A stretch of DNA of 44,294 bases from Candidatus Doudnabacteria bacterium (lineage in GTDB: Bacteria > Patescibacteriota > Doudnabacteria > UBA920), in the NCBI GenBank assembly GCA_023245955.1, contig JAHFJI010000001.1, forward strand, positions 1-44,294, read 5' to 3'. This document shows, piece after piece, positions 35,287 to 44,294 of this stretch. The translations under genes and the position numbers were made by a program. Numbering within the stretch: the first letter of the stretch is position 1; each line of letters opens with the position of its first letter. The notes beneath the pieces are model-generated. The model saw only the letters and a program-made list of their open reading frames with translations. It was not told the DNA's origin and ran no database searches.

Positions 35287-37494
35287 ATGCCAAAAAAACC
35301 AGAAAAAGAAAAAAGACAGTATAACAAACAGAAAAAAGAAAGTTTTTTAGTTCATTTGAGTCCAGACACGAAAAGAGCCTTGGTGGTGGTGCTCTTACTT
35401 GCCTTAGCTTTGCTAACTCTCATGGGATTTGCCAATGTTTCCGGTGGGTTTGGAGTATTGTGGACGAGACTTATTTTATTGTTTTTTGGGACTTTTGGTT
35501 ACATGTTGCCTGTGCTGCTTTTGGCTACAGCAGTAGCCTTGGGCTGGCCTAGAGCTTTGGAATCATTTGAAGAGGACTGGGGTAAGCGTACTAGTGTAGG
35601 TATTTTGCTTATCTCCCTTGCCTTGGTCGGTGGTTTTCACATGTTAGCCTCTCGTTTGAGTGGCGTGGCAGGTCTGGAATTGGCCAAGTCTGGCAACGGT
35701 GCCGGTTTGCTGGGTGCGGCGTTGGCGCTACCTGTTGGTGGACTATTTGGGTTTTGGGCTGGCCTAGTCATATTTATGGTTATTTTGTGCATTGGCATTC
35801 TCATTACCTTTAACTTTCCCCTATTTGTGAAGCGTAAAGAAGTGGCCACGACCAAGCCTTTGGTTGTACCATTGCAAACTCCCGGCGCTATAAAGATTAA
35901 TAGTGCACAGGATGCGAATTTTACAACCAGTAATGTGGAGGCCGCGAATGTTCATGTAAAACCGGCCGTTGTTGCTCAATCACAAGTCATAAAACCCACA
36001 GATAAAGCTCTCTCAGAGTTGCCAGACGCAGTGGTTTTGGAGCAAAGAAAAGATTGGAAACTTCCACCTTTTGATTTATTAGACGACCATAAGTCCGAAG
36101 TGGATAGTGGCAATATAGAGGCCAACGTCGCTATTATTCAAAAAACTTTAGCAGATTTCGGAATAGAGGTAGAAATGGGCGAGGTGAATGTGGGACCAAC
36201 GGTTACGCAGTACACGCTTAGACCGAATACCGGTGTAAAGCTGTCACAGATTGCTGGGCTAAAAAATGACTTGGCGCTATCGCTTGCGGCACATGCTATC
36301 CGCATGGAGTTGCCTATACCAGGTAAGCCACTTGTGGGTATAGAAGTGCCAAACAAAACTAGCAGAATAGTGAGTTTGCGGGAGGTGTTACAGACTTCAG
36401 ATTTTATCAATCATGCAAGTAAGCTAGCCTTTGCTTTGGGCCGTGATGTGGCTGGCAAACCTCAAGTTGCAGATTTGGCTAAAATGCCTCATTTACTAAT
36501 CGCGGGTAGTACGGGTACAGGGAAAAGTGTGGCTCTAAATACTTTTGTAATTAGCCTACTCTATAGAAATACACCACAAGATGTAAAGCTTATTATGGTG
36601 GACCCAAAACGTGTGGAGATGACTATGTACAATGGCATACCACACCTATTAACTCCACCAATTACTGAGCCTGAGAAGGCAGTTAACGCACTGAAATGGG
36701 CAGTAAGTGAGATGGATAGGCGGTATAAGTTACTTGCCGAATGTAAGAAGCGGAATATTTTGGAATATAATGCAACTTCTAATTTGCCCTTATCTTACAT
36801 AGTTATATTAGTTGATGAGTTAGCCGACCTAATGGCTGTGGCTCAAGGGGATATAGAAGCGGCAATTGTAAGGCTGGCACAGATGGCCAGGGCCGTAGGC
36901 ATACATCTAGTTTTGGCTACGCAACGCCCTAGTGTAGATATTATTACAGGCCTTATTAAGGCCAATATAACCTCGCGCATTGCTTTCGCTGTAGCAAGCC
37001 AGGTAGACAGTAGAACTATCTTAGATAGCGGTGGCGCAGAACAACTGCTGGGCAATGGCGATATGTTATTTGTTTCTTCGGAGTTTAATAAACCTAGACG
37101 CATACAGGGTGCCTATGTGGGCGAGAAAGAGGTGAATAAAGTAGTGGACTTCTTTAAAGTGCAAACTGGTGCGGTTATTTATAACGATGATATTGTGGAA
37201 AGACCTAAACACGCCTTTTCTATCCCTGGCTTTGAATCTGGCGATGAGGATGACGAACTGCTGTCGGAAGCAAAAGATGAAGTTATCCGGGCCGGTAAGG
37301 CTAGCGCGTCTTTCTTACAGAGAAGGCTAAAAGTAGGTTATGCCAGAGCTGCCAGACTATTGGATTTGTTGGAAGAACAAGGTGTAGTGGGTCCAGGGGA
37401 TGGTGCTAAGCCTAGAGAAGTATATGGGGCGACCTCTGCAGAAGAAGGAGTTGAAGAGGTTACCGAGACTTCCCATGATACTGGAAATGTATAA
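35287..37494 (+). CDS. ftsK: DNA translocase FtsK/SpoIIIE
   Basis: 4TM N-terminus, PHLLIAGSTGTGKS, VDELADLM, ATQRPS, gamma domain LQRRLKVGYARAARL. Confidence 0.96.
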   Translation: MPKKPEKEKRQYNKQKKESFLVHLSPDTKRALVVVLLLALALLTLMGFANVSGGFGVLWTRLILLFFGTFGYMLPVLLLATAVALGWPRALESFEEDWGKRTSVGILLISLALVGGFHMLASRLSGVAGLELAKSGNGAGLLGAALALPVGGLFGFWAGLVIFMVILCIGILITFNFPLFVKRKEVATTKPLVVPLQTPGAIKINSAQDANFTTSNVEAANVHVKPAVVAQSQVIKPTDKALSELPDAVVLEQRKDWKLPPFDLLDDHKSEVDSGNIEANVAIIQKTLADFGIEVEMGEVNVGPTVTQYTLRPNTGVKLSQIAGLKNDLALSLAAHAIRMELPIPGKPLVGIEVPNKTSRIVSLREVLQTSDFINHASKLAFALGRDVAGKPQVADLAKMPHLLIAGSTGTGKSVALNTFVISLLYRNTPQDVKLIMVDPKRVEMTMYNGIPHLLTPPITEPEKAVNALKWAVSEMDRRYKLLAECKKRNILEYNATSNLPLSYIVILVDELADLMAVAQGDIEAAIVRLAQMARAVGIHLVLATQRPSVDIITGLIKANITSRIAFAVASQVDSRTILDSGGAEQLLGNGDMLFVSSEFNKPRRIQGAYVGEKEVNKVVDFFKVQTGAVIYNDDIVERPKHAFSIPGFESGDEDDELLSEAKDEVIRAGKASASFLQRRLKVGYARAARLLDLLEEQGVVGPGDGAKPREVYGATSAEEGVEEVTETSHDTGNV

Positions 37495-37606
37495 TCTTGC
37501 GTCATTTATCCTTAATACTTGCTACTTTGCTTGAAAAGATTAGGGACTTACCTCGAGTTGATGGTAAAAGATCAAGAAACAAAGATACTTAGTGTATAAT
37601 AAAGAT

Positions 37607-38338
37607 ATGGGTGATTTTGAGGTACACAAAATAGTTATAGAAACTTTAGGAGAGTATTTAATAGGTCTAAGAGAAGATTTGAGTTTGTCTGTTGAGTATG
37701 TGGCTCGTGAAGTCGGAGTGGCTCCAAAACTTATTTGTTCACTTGAGGCTGGTAACTTTAAAGAACTACCTGAGTCGGTGTATGTAGTGGCGATTTTAAA
37801 AAAACTCGCTGCTAGGTATGGTGTTGCCAGTGGCTTGTTGATAGCCGAGTACAATCGTGAGGCTACTATAGCCAAGCAGAGTAATCATGAGTCTGCTAAT
37901 AACACATGGCAAGTTCTAGCACATAGGTTGGCTCCGTTTAAGTGGACTTCCATTTTCGCTGTATTTGGTGGGGTGTTATTTTTGGGATTGTGTGTGTGGC
38001 AGGTGTTTGCAATTGGCACTACACCGACTGTGCGCGTAACAACACCACAATCTGGACAGCGTGTCAGTGGTGGCCTTGTGGAGGTGGCTGGTTCTGCAAC
38101 TCCTGGGAGCGAAGTATTGGTCAATGGGCAAACTGTCTATGCTGGTAGTGACGGCTATTTCACCAGTAGTTTAAGCTTCATGCCAGGCGCGCAGACCTTA
38201 ACTATCAGTGCTAAGAGTCGGTTTGGCAAAGTTAAATCGCAGACTATTTCTTTTTTGGTTGAGGCCCCTGCCATGTCCGAAGTGGCAGGCCCGCCCTTGG
38301 CTAAGGGTCAAAGCTTAGAAAGTGCAGAAGTGCACTAG
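37607..38338 (+). CDS. RodZ-like HTH-TM protein with C-terminal Ig-like domain
   Basis: TLGEYL..RE..LS..VA..LEAG...LP..VY, TM segment, V.VAGS..PGSEVLVNG..DGYF. Lies between ftsK and recA. Confidence 0.75.
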   Translation: MGDFEVHKIVIETLGEYLIGLREDLSLSVEYVAREVGVAPKLICSLEAGNFKELPESVYVVAILKKLAARYGVASGLLIAEYNREATIAKQSNHESANNTWQVLAHRLAPFKWTSIFAVFGGVLFLGLCVWQVFAIGTTPTVRVTTPQSGQRVSGGLVEVAGSATPGSEVLVNGQTVYAGSDGYFTSSLSFMPGAQTLTISAKSRFGKVKSQTISFLVEAPAMSEVAGPPLAKGQSLESAEVH

Positions 38339-38476
38339 TGCTGTAACAAAGCTATTTTATAGCAGTTTATGTGAGAGGCTTAATGGAGGCATTACGCAAG
38401 GCAAACTGCTGGGCAAAAAATTGTACCAGCAGGGTCTGTCCTAGATACATACGTAATTTCCAAGAAAGGTAATATT

Positions 38477-39547
38477 ATGGCAAAAGCTACGAAATCCAAA
38501 ATAGATGGTGATAGCGCAATGTCTGGTAGATGGAAAGCAGTAGAGAGTGCGCTAGATCAGATACGCGATAAGTTTGGTGAGGGGAGCATAATGAAGCTTT
38601 CTGACTCGCACGCTATGGACGTGGAAAGCTATCCAACTGGAAGTATTAGTTTGGACTTAGCTCTTGGTGTGGGAGGCATTCCTCGTGGACGCATTATAGA
38701 AGTATATGGTCCAGAGAGCTCTGGTAAAACCACTCTTACGCTTCACATGATTGCTGAAGTACAAAAAAAGGGTGGTTTAGCAGCGTTTATAGATGCAGAA
38801 CACGCGCTAGACCCAGAATTTGCTAAAAACTTAGGGGTGCATGTTGATGATTTACTAGTTTCTCAACCCGACTCGGGTGAACAAGCCTTGGACATTGCAG
38901 AAACTTTAGTTAGGAGCAACGCAGTAGATATAATTGTGATAGACTCTGTGGCAGCCTTAACTCCCAAAGCAGAAATAGAAGGCGATATGGGTGATAGTCA
39001 TATGGGATTGCAAGCTAGGCTTATGAGTCAGGCCTTGCGTAAGTTGACCGGTATAATGTCTAAGTCCAGGACTACGGTGATATTTATAAACCAAATACGC
39101 ATGAAGATTGGGGTTATGTTTGGTAATCCAGAAACTACAACTGGTGGTAATGCGCTCAAGTTTTATGCTTCGATTCGCTTGGATGTACGTAGAATTGCCC
39201 AAATAAAAAATGGTGAAGTAGTAATAGGGAGTAGGGTCAAGGTAAAGGTGCTTAAGAATAAGGTGGCACCACCATTTAAGACAGCAGAATTTGATATTAT
39301 GTATCAGCCGGGTAATTGGGGCATATCTGTACCGGGTGATATGCTAGATACGGGTGTAGTGCTGGGTGTAATTGCTAAGTCTGGCAACACTCATAGCTTT
39401 GGAGAGATTAAGCTTGGAGTGGGTAGGGAGAACGCTAAAACTTTCTTAAAAGAAAACCCCGAGGTGCTAGCTGAAATAGATAAAGCCGTTCGGGTTAAAG
39501 TAAAAGAAGGTGTCCCACTTCCTTCTACAGAACCCACCGAAGAATAA
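38477..39547 (+). CDS. recA: recombinase A
   Basis: [40 protein letters not shown]. Confidence 0.98.
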   Translation: MAKATKSKIDGDSAMSGRWKAVESALDQIRDKFGEGSIMKLSDSHAMDVESYPTGSISLDLALGVGGIPRGRIIEVYGPESSGKTTLTLHMIAEVQKKGGLAAFIDAEHALDPEFAKNLGVHVDDLLVSQPDSGEQALDIAETLVRSNAVDIIVIDSVAALTPKAEIEGDMGDSHMGLQARLMSQALRKLTGIMSKSRTTVIFINQIRMKIGVMFGNPETTTGGNALKFYASIRLDVRRIAQIKNGEVVIGSRVKVKVLKNKVAPPFKTAEFDIMYQPGNWGISVPGDMLDTGVVLGVIAKSGNTHSFGEIKLGVGRENAKTFLKENPEVLAEIDKAVRVKVKEGVPLPSTEPTEE

Positions 39548-39560
39548 ATAATCATAACCT

Positions 39561-39591
39561 AGCCCTTAAGTTAATAACTTAAGGGCTGTTT
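39561..39591 (+). terminator. intrinsic terminator
   Basis: AGCCCTTAAGTT / AACTTAAGGGCT followed by GTTT. Confidence 0.65.
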
Positions 39592-39931
39592 GCTAAGTAG
39601 ATGTGTGACCGCTATCATATATCCATGCCCGGTAGACCCAGTAGAGCTCTAGGAGATTCTGCTGGGTAGAGCTTCTTTGCCAATGTTCTACTGGGGCGGT
39701 TAACGGTTTACATCGATTAATATAAATTCACTCAAAAGCTGTTCCGTTAGCATACTAATTTGAGTGCAAAGAAGTCTTACCGGATATGGCAAACGAGCAA
39801 ATATATGCCAGTATGGATTTGGAACTTTCGGGTTTTGATCCAGACGAAGCAGGCGAGTAATTTATACTGCTCTAGAAAAACAAAGAGCCTGCATATGATT
39901 TGGTACATATGTAGGCTCTTACCTACTCTTA

Positions 39932-40343
39932 CTAATCGACAGCGATCCATTTGATCTTCCCACCCATGATGTCAGGGATTTGAAGCACAACTTTATTAGT
40001 ATGCACTTCCCTTTTTTGGACATCGCTCCAAACACTCCAGCCGAGTTGACCGTTGAGTGTAATTTGCAGAACCCCATTTTCAATGGCTGCTTTGTGTAAG
40101 AATACATAAAAGCAGTGTAGATTATCCTGTGAATCACTGTCGTAGATTTCACGAGCTATAATATTGCTTTGTTTTTTGTAAACAAGCCATATCCTAAACC
40201 AAAAGCACCCATCAACTCCACATCGTTGATTAAGTACTACTACGTGCCCTAAATTAACGGTTTCGTAAGTTTGGAATTGCTTATGGTATTGTGAATCCGC
40301 TTTAAGCACGGCTCTTTCGGCATCTTGTGTAGTCAGCTTCACG
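39932..40343 (-). CDS. hypothetical protein
   Basis: Open frame to 40417. GTG at 40343 has an AAGGGGG SD-like motif. Divergent from the TrmB-like gene. Confidence 0.5.
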
Positions 40344-40486
40344 TGTCCCCCTTTGAGCGTTTTTTTGGTTCCATTATTGGAACAGCTGATTATGCAATAG
40401 ATTTTTAATAAAGGCAATTACCACGTCATAGTATATGCGCATATATACATTTATTGACTATATATAAAGCAGATTGTATACTATAA

Positions 40487-41227
40487 GTGACGATGAAACC
40501 GCCATCAGTTACCAAAGACTTTATAGAATATGTAGGACTTTCCGAAAAAGAGCAGGCTATATACTTTGCTGCTTTGGAATTGGGCGAATCACTACAAGCA
40601 CCTTTGGCTCAAAAAGCTGAAATTAAACGTACTACCCTGCGTGAGTTACTACCAGATTTGCTTGGACGAGGAGTTTTAGAACAGGTAGTAAAGGGCAGAC
40701 GACATTTTATTGTAGCCAAAGACCCTCGAGTTTTATTAGATGAGTTAAAACTTAAAGCAGATAAAGCTATGGCGGACTTGCCGGTCTTATTAGCCTTACA
40801 AAATTCGCTAACCTCTAAGCCAGTAGTACGATTCTATGAAGGTATTGAAGGTATCAAGCTGGTGTATAAAGAAACACTAAGAGCTGGCCAGCCAATCTAT
40901 TCGTTTATAGAGGTAGAGGCCATACACCCGGAGATTCAAAGATGGCTAGCAGATGAATATACCAGGGAACGAACCAAGCGCCAAATCCGAGCTCTGAACA
41001 TAGTAAATGCCTCAGAAAAATTAACAGTCGTTATGCCGCAAAATGAATTTCGAGAAAACCGAATAGTAAGTGCTAAAAGTTTTCCATTTCGTATGGAAGT
41101 CCTTACATTTGGTGACTATGTAGCATTTATACAATTTAGGCGGACTGACACGCCAACTGCGGTGCTCATCCAAAGTCAGGCGGCTGCAGTTACCATGCGT
41201 TCAATACACCAGCTTGTGTGGAGATAG
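40487..41227 (+). CDS. TrmB-family HTH transcriptional regulator
   Basis: GLSEKE..IY.A.LELG...LA....IKRTT, KPVVRFYEGIEGIK.VY. Confidence 0.85.
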   Translation: MTMKPPSVTKDFIEYVGLSEKEQAIYFAALELGESLQAPLAQKAEIKRTTLRELLPDLLGRGVLEQVVKGRRHFIVAKDPRVLLDELKLKADKAMADLPVLLALQNSLTSKPVVRFYEGIEGIKLVYKETLRAGQPIYSFIEVEAIHPEIQRWLADEYTRERTKRQIRALNIVNASEKLTVVMPQNEFRENRIVSAKSFPFRMEVLTFGDYVAFIQFRRTDTPTAVLIQSQAAAVTMRSIHQLVWR

Positions 41228-41313
41228 ATGTTTTATTTGGTTTTTGATATATCCTAAAGCATATTGCTTTAGGATATTTTTTATTTGCTGGTAGAGCTAG
41301 ACTCCCGTACAAT

Positions 41314-43560
41314 ATGAATATGGAATCTGTAAAATACGTTAGCTTAGATTTAGAACTGACTGGCTTTGATCCAGACGAAGATGAAATTATAGAAATTGGG
41401 ATTGTTACTTTTACTGTTCGCGCGGGTGTTTTGGTGTTGTTGGAACGGTATGAGTCGTTGTGTAGACCCAAGGCAGATGTACGAAATAGAATTTTAGGGC
41501 TTACGGGTATAGACCAGGCAGAAGTCATGTCTGCGCCTCTTTGGAGTGAAATATTACCACAGGTTAAGACTTTATTATCTGACGCCATCATTGTGGGTCA
41601 TGGGGTTAGCATGGACGCTAAGTTCTTAGAGACAAATGGCGTAAGTGTTGCTGGAGCTGTGCTAGATACACTGGAACTTGCACAAATATTTTTACCCACA
41701 CATCATAGTTACAATCTGGAAAACTTGGCCACTACTTTGGACGTAGAACATAGTTCGAGTCATAGAGCCTTAGCAGATGCAGAAGCGACTTTTGGTATTC
41801 TAGGCAAAATGGCTCAAATCTTTCAAAGTTTGTCTCTGGAGACTAAAGAGCGTCTCGGGGTGGTTGCCACGTCGCACCGGTTGTTGTGGTTTAACCTTTT
41901 TTCCAGTCTAATAAAACTCGAAGAGGCAACAGCAGATAAACAAGGAATGCCTGACCATGCTACTGTGGTTGCTAATTTGCCAACAAACTTTGAGTCCGGA
42001 GGTTTGCTTATCGGTCCCGGCCCTGGTGTAAAGGTAGTGCCTAATTTTGGAGAGCTTTCTACTTCTGCTGTGCCTTATGTGGCAGCTTTTAGCCAACGAG
42101 CTGAAGTGCTGAATTTAGCCAAAGAGTATGGAGTAAGTCCATATCTTGGAGCTTTTGAGCAAGTAAGAGAGCAAAATCTGGAAAATCTAATAGGAAATGT
42201 TGCTGACCTTAACCCTAGAGAAATAGTGGCTCTTTGTAAGGTGCTGGTCTGGCTGGGTACGGTAAAAGGGTTTGGGTTATTAGCAGAATTAAATTGGTCT
42301 ATTATTGGTACAGATCTTAAAAAACTTTTTGTTGGTGGCTATATGTCTAGAGTTCCAAGTGGTTTAGCTCTGGCGGACTTGCGTTCTATACCAGATTTTA
42401 CTGACAAGAGAAACTTATGGATAAGTCAGCTAGATGCTTGTGTAGAGTTTCTGGAGCAAAAGAGCGGCCTACAAGTTAGTTGGGCTGGTATTGGGGCACA
42501 GGTTAGAGCTTTAACCAAGGACAAAGATGGAGTCTCTGGTTATTTGAATGAAGAACAAGCATGCGAGATTATGGCTATCACTGATGTGTTTTTTGCTCGT
42601 GTTTTATTACTTTTAAAGCAAGAAATGCAATTGGTTTCTGGAAGCGTAGCTCTTAAAGACCTGGGACTGTACGAGATAAACCGAATTTCCCAGTCAGCCA
42701 CGAACTTTTGTGAACGCTTACTTAAATTTACTAAGCAAAACGCTAACGACACGGGGCTTAATAGAATTATTGATCAAATTACAAGGTTTTTTGACTTAAA
42801 TGGAGATAATGCGTTTGTAAGGTGGATAGAAGTTAAAGATGCTAAATGCAGTTTTGTGATGCGAGCTGTGGATTTATCTGATACTTTTGGTATCTGGGCA
42901 CGCGGAAAGCACAAAATTGTCTATCAAACAGATTTTAACAATCCAGAACTGATTAACTACCTTAAAAAACGCTTGGGCCTTAGTGTTGTCGGAGAGCATA
43001 TGGTGGAAAAGTCTGCGGAGGCGCATACAATTGTTTCTAATACCGTGGTAAGTCCAGACATTTCAGGCTACTTGGTTAATAAGTTAGTAGAAACAGAAGA
43101 TTGTTTGGTAATTTTTCCAACTCTAGATAAAATGAAAGCCTTTTACGACTCCGCTGTGGATAAGGCTAATTTGACTGCTTCGGTTATAGCGGTGGGGATA
43201 CATGGTGGGGCGCAAAAAGTACTTAGAAATTTTTCTCATAGCAAAAAAACTGTTATTTTAGCCGCTGTACCACAGTTAACGTCTTTTTATGGTGAAAAGT
43301 TGATTTGTAAAAGGGTAATATTTGCTGGAATGCCTTTTGTAGATGCTCTACATCCGTATAATGTGGAGCTAATTAGCCAATATTTTGCTAGTGCAGAAGA
43401 GTTTAAGTGGGTAACTGGTTTGCTATTGGCCACTCAAGTGTTAAGGGTGCTAAATTTTGCCACTGTGGATAATGTGGAGTGCATTACACCTGCAGAAGAA
43501 GCAGGGCTAGCCACGAATATGCTCAATGCGTTACTTATAAACAACTTATCCACAGTATAG
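41314..43560 (+). CDS. DEDDh 3'-5' exonuclease fused to a degenerate DinG-like region
   Basis: SLDLELTG, IIEIG, VGH..MD..FL, LDTLELA, HRALADA. The C-terminus keeps LVIFPT and FAGMPF but has no clear Walker A or DEAH. Confidence 0.75.
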   Translation: MNMESVKYVSLDLELTGFDPDEDEIIEIGIVTFTVRAGVLVLLERYESLCRPKADVRNRILGLTGIDQAEVMSAPLWSEILPQVKTLLSDAIIVGHGVSMDAKFLETNGVSVAGAVLDTLELAQIFLPTHHSYNLENLATTLDVEHSSSHRALADAEATFGILGKMAQIFQSLSLETKERLGVVATSHRLLWFNLFSSLIKLEEATADKQGMPDHATVVANLPTNFESGGLLIGPGPGVKVVPNFGELSTSAVPYVAAFSQRAEVLNLAKEYGVSPYLGAFEQVREQNLENLIGNVADLNPREIVALCKVLVWLGTVKGFGLLAELNWSIIGTDLKKLFVGGYMSRVPSGLALADLRSIPDFTDKRNLWISQLDACVEFLEQKSGLQVSWAGIGAQVRALTKDKDGVSGYLNEEQACEIMAITDVFFARVLLLLKQEMQLVSGSVALKDLGLYEINRISQSATNFCERLLKFTKQNANDTGLNRIIDQITRFFDLNGDNAFVRWIEVKDAKCSFVMRAVDLSDTFGIWARGKHKIVYQTDFNNPELINYLKKRLGLSVVGEHMVEKSAEAHTIVSNTVVSPDISGYLVNKLVETEDCLVIFPTLDKMKAFYDSAVDKANLTASVIAVGIHGGAQKVLRNFSHSKKTVILAAVPQLTSFYGEKLICKRVIFAGMPFVDALHPYNVELISQYFASAEEFKWVTGLLLATQVLRVLNFATVDNVECITPAEEAGLATNMLNALLINNLSTV

Positions 43561-43656
43561 TACACATGGGTAAGATGCAAGTTCTATAATTTTCTTGACT
43601 TAAAATTAAAATAAGCTCAAGTGTATGCACAAATTTGATTAATACACAGGCAATAA

Positions 43657-43685
43657 TTGACACACTTATCTATACGTTTTAAAAT
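43657..43685 (+). promoter_or_regulatory. strong sigma70 promoter
   Basis: TTGACA-17-TAAAAT. Confidence 0.75.
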
Positions 43686-43689
43686 GATT

Positions 43690-44245
43690 ACAGATGAAGT
43701 TTTAGCACATTAACAAAAGAATAATAGTGTCGTTCCCGTATTATCCGGGGATTATATTGGACGAAGGAAACCTGCACAGTAAGTAACATTGGTGTAGTAA
43801 TCCAAGTTACGTTCGAGGATGTGGCTTTAAATTTAGCTACACCTGACTTTGTGTTCAGTTTTCCTTTTGCTCTTCGTCATAGCTTGCCCAAGTCAAGCTG
43901 ACTTGTAAAAAACAAAAATAAAATGTAGGTTCTCACTCCACGTGTGGTGGAGTCATAAATTCAAAAAATCAAAAATCAAAAATCAAAAAAAAGAACAATT
44001 TGTTTTAGGTGGAAGACCACCGCAAGAGGAGCTTAAGGTTCAGTTTGGCACTAAACTTGGAATGTCAGACGCTATCTCACCTGAATTGGTGGGAAATCCT
44101 TAAAGTGACGAAATGTGTCTTTATGCAGCGGGTTTTATACCTAAGTTTTGGGTATATAAGCCGTTGCGTAACGATGCTCAAACTTTTGAGGCCTCGCGCC
44201 TCTGCTGGGCACCTAATAAACGTGGCCCTTAGCAGGGGCGCATTG
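43690..44245 (+). ncRNA. candidate long structured non-coding RNA or leader
   Basis: About 550 nt with no convincing ORF after a consensus promoter, with several long imperfect hairpins containing G-U pairs. Confidence 0.35.
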
Positions 44246-44294
44246 TATTTATAAGCACTTTTTGTGCTAGAATTATAATAGTTTGGAAATTAGT

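Noticed and set aside
44140..44175. RNase P RNA 3' end (CGGCTTAT on minus strand)
   Set aside because: No GAGGAAAGTCC or ACAGAA context.

Overview
Bacterial chromosomal window. The gene set and sequence style suggest Patescibacteria/CPR (inference). It carries housekeeping genes (gyrA partial, rpsA, nrnA-rbfA-infB, rnhB, ftsK, recA), ten tRNAs, and accessory DNA docked at tRNA 3' ends: surface proteins after tRNA-Leu(GAG), a C-R-M type II restriction island near tRNA-Ala(GGC), and TA pairs after tRNA-Ala(CGC). The most striking element is a 4.8-kb large-serine-recombinase island at tRNA-Ser(CGA), 27359-32189. It has three copies of the CCGCCA core rather than two, and the middle copy is an intact, inverted attP-type junction. 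This splits the island into a recombinase module bounded by 120-bp inverted repeats and a cargo module bounded by 408-bp inverted repeats. The cargo resembles rohP/rohR (PLP-dependent arginine oxidase plus DHDPS-like retro-aldolase, from the azomycin/2-aminoimidazole pathway). A diverged copy of the 408-bp arm end with a covarying hairpin lies near tRNA-Leu, and a weaker one flanks the RM island, suggesting a family of tRNA-targeted, recombinase-mobilised cassettes. All calls are by eye, without database searches, and an assembly artefact cannot be excluded for the perfect repeats.
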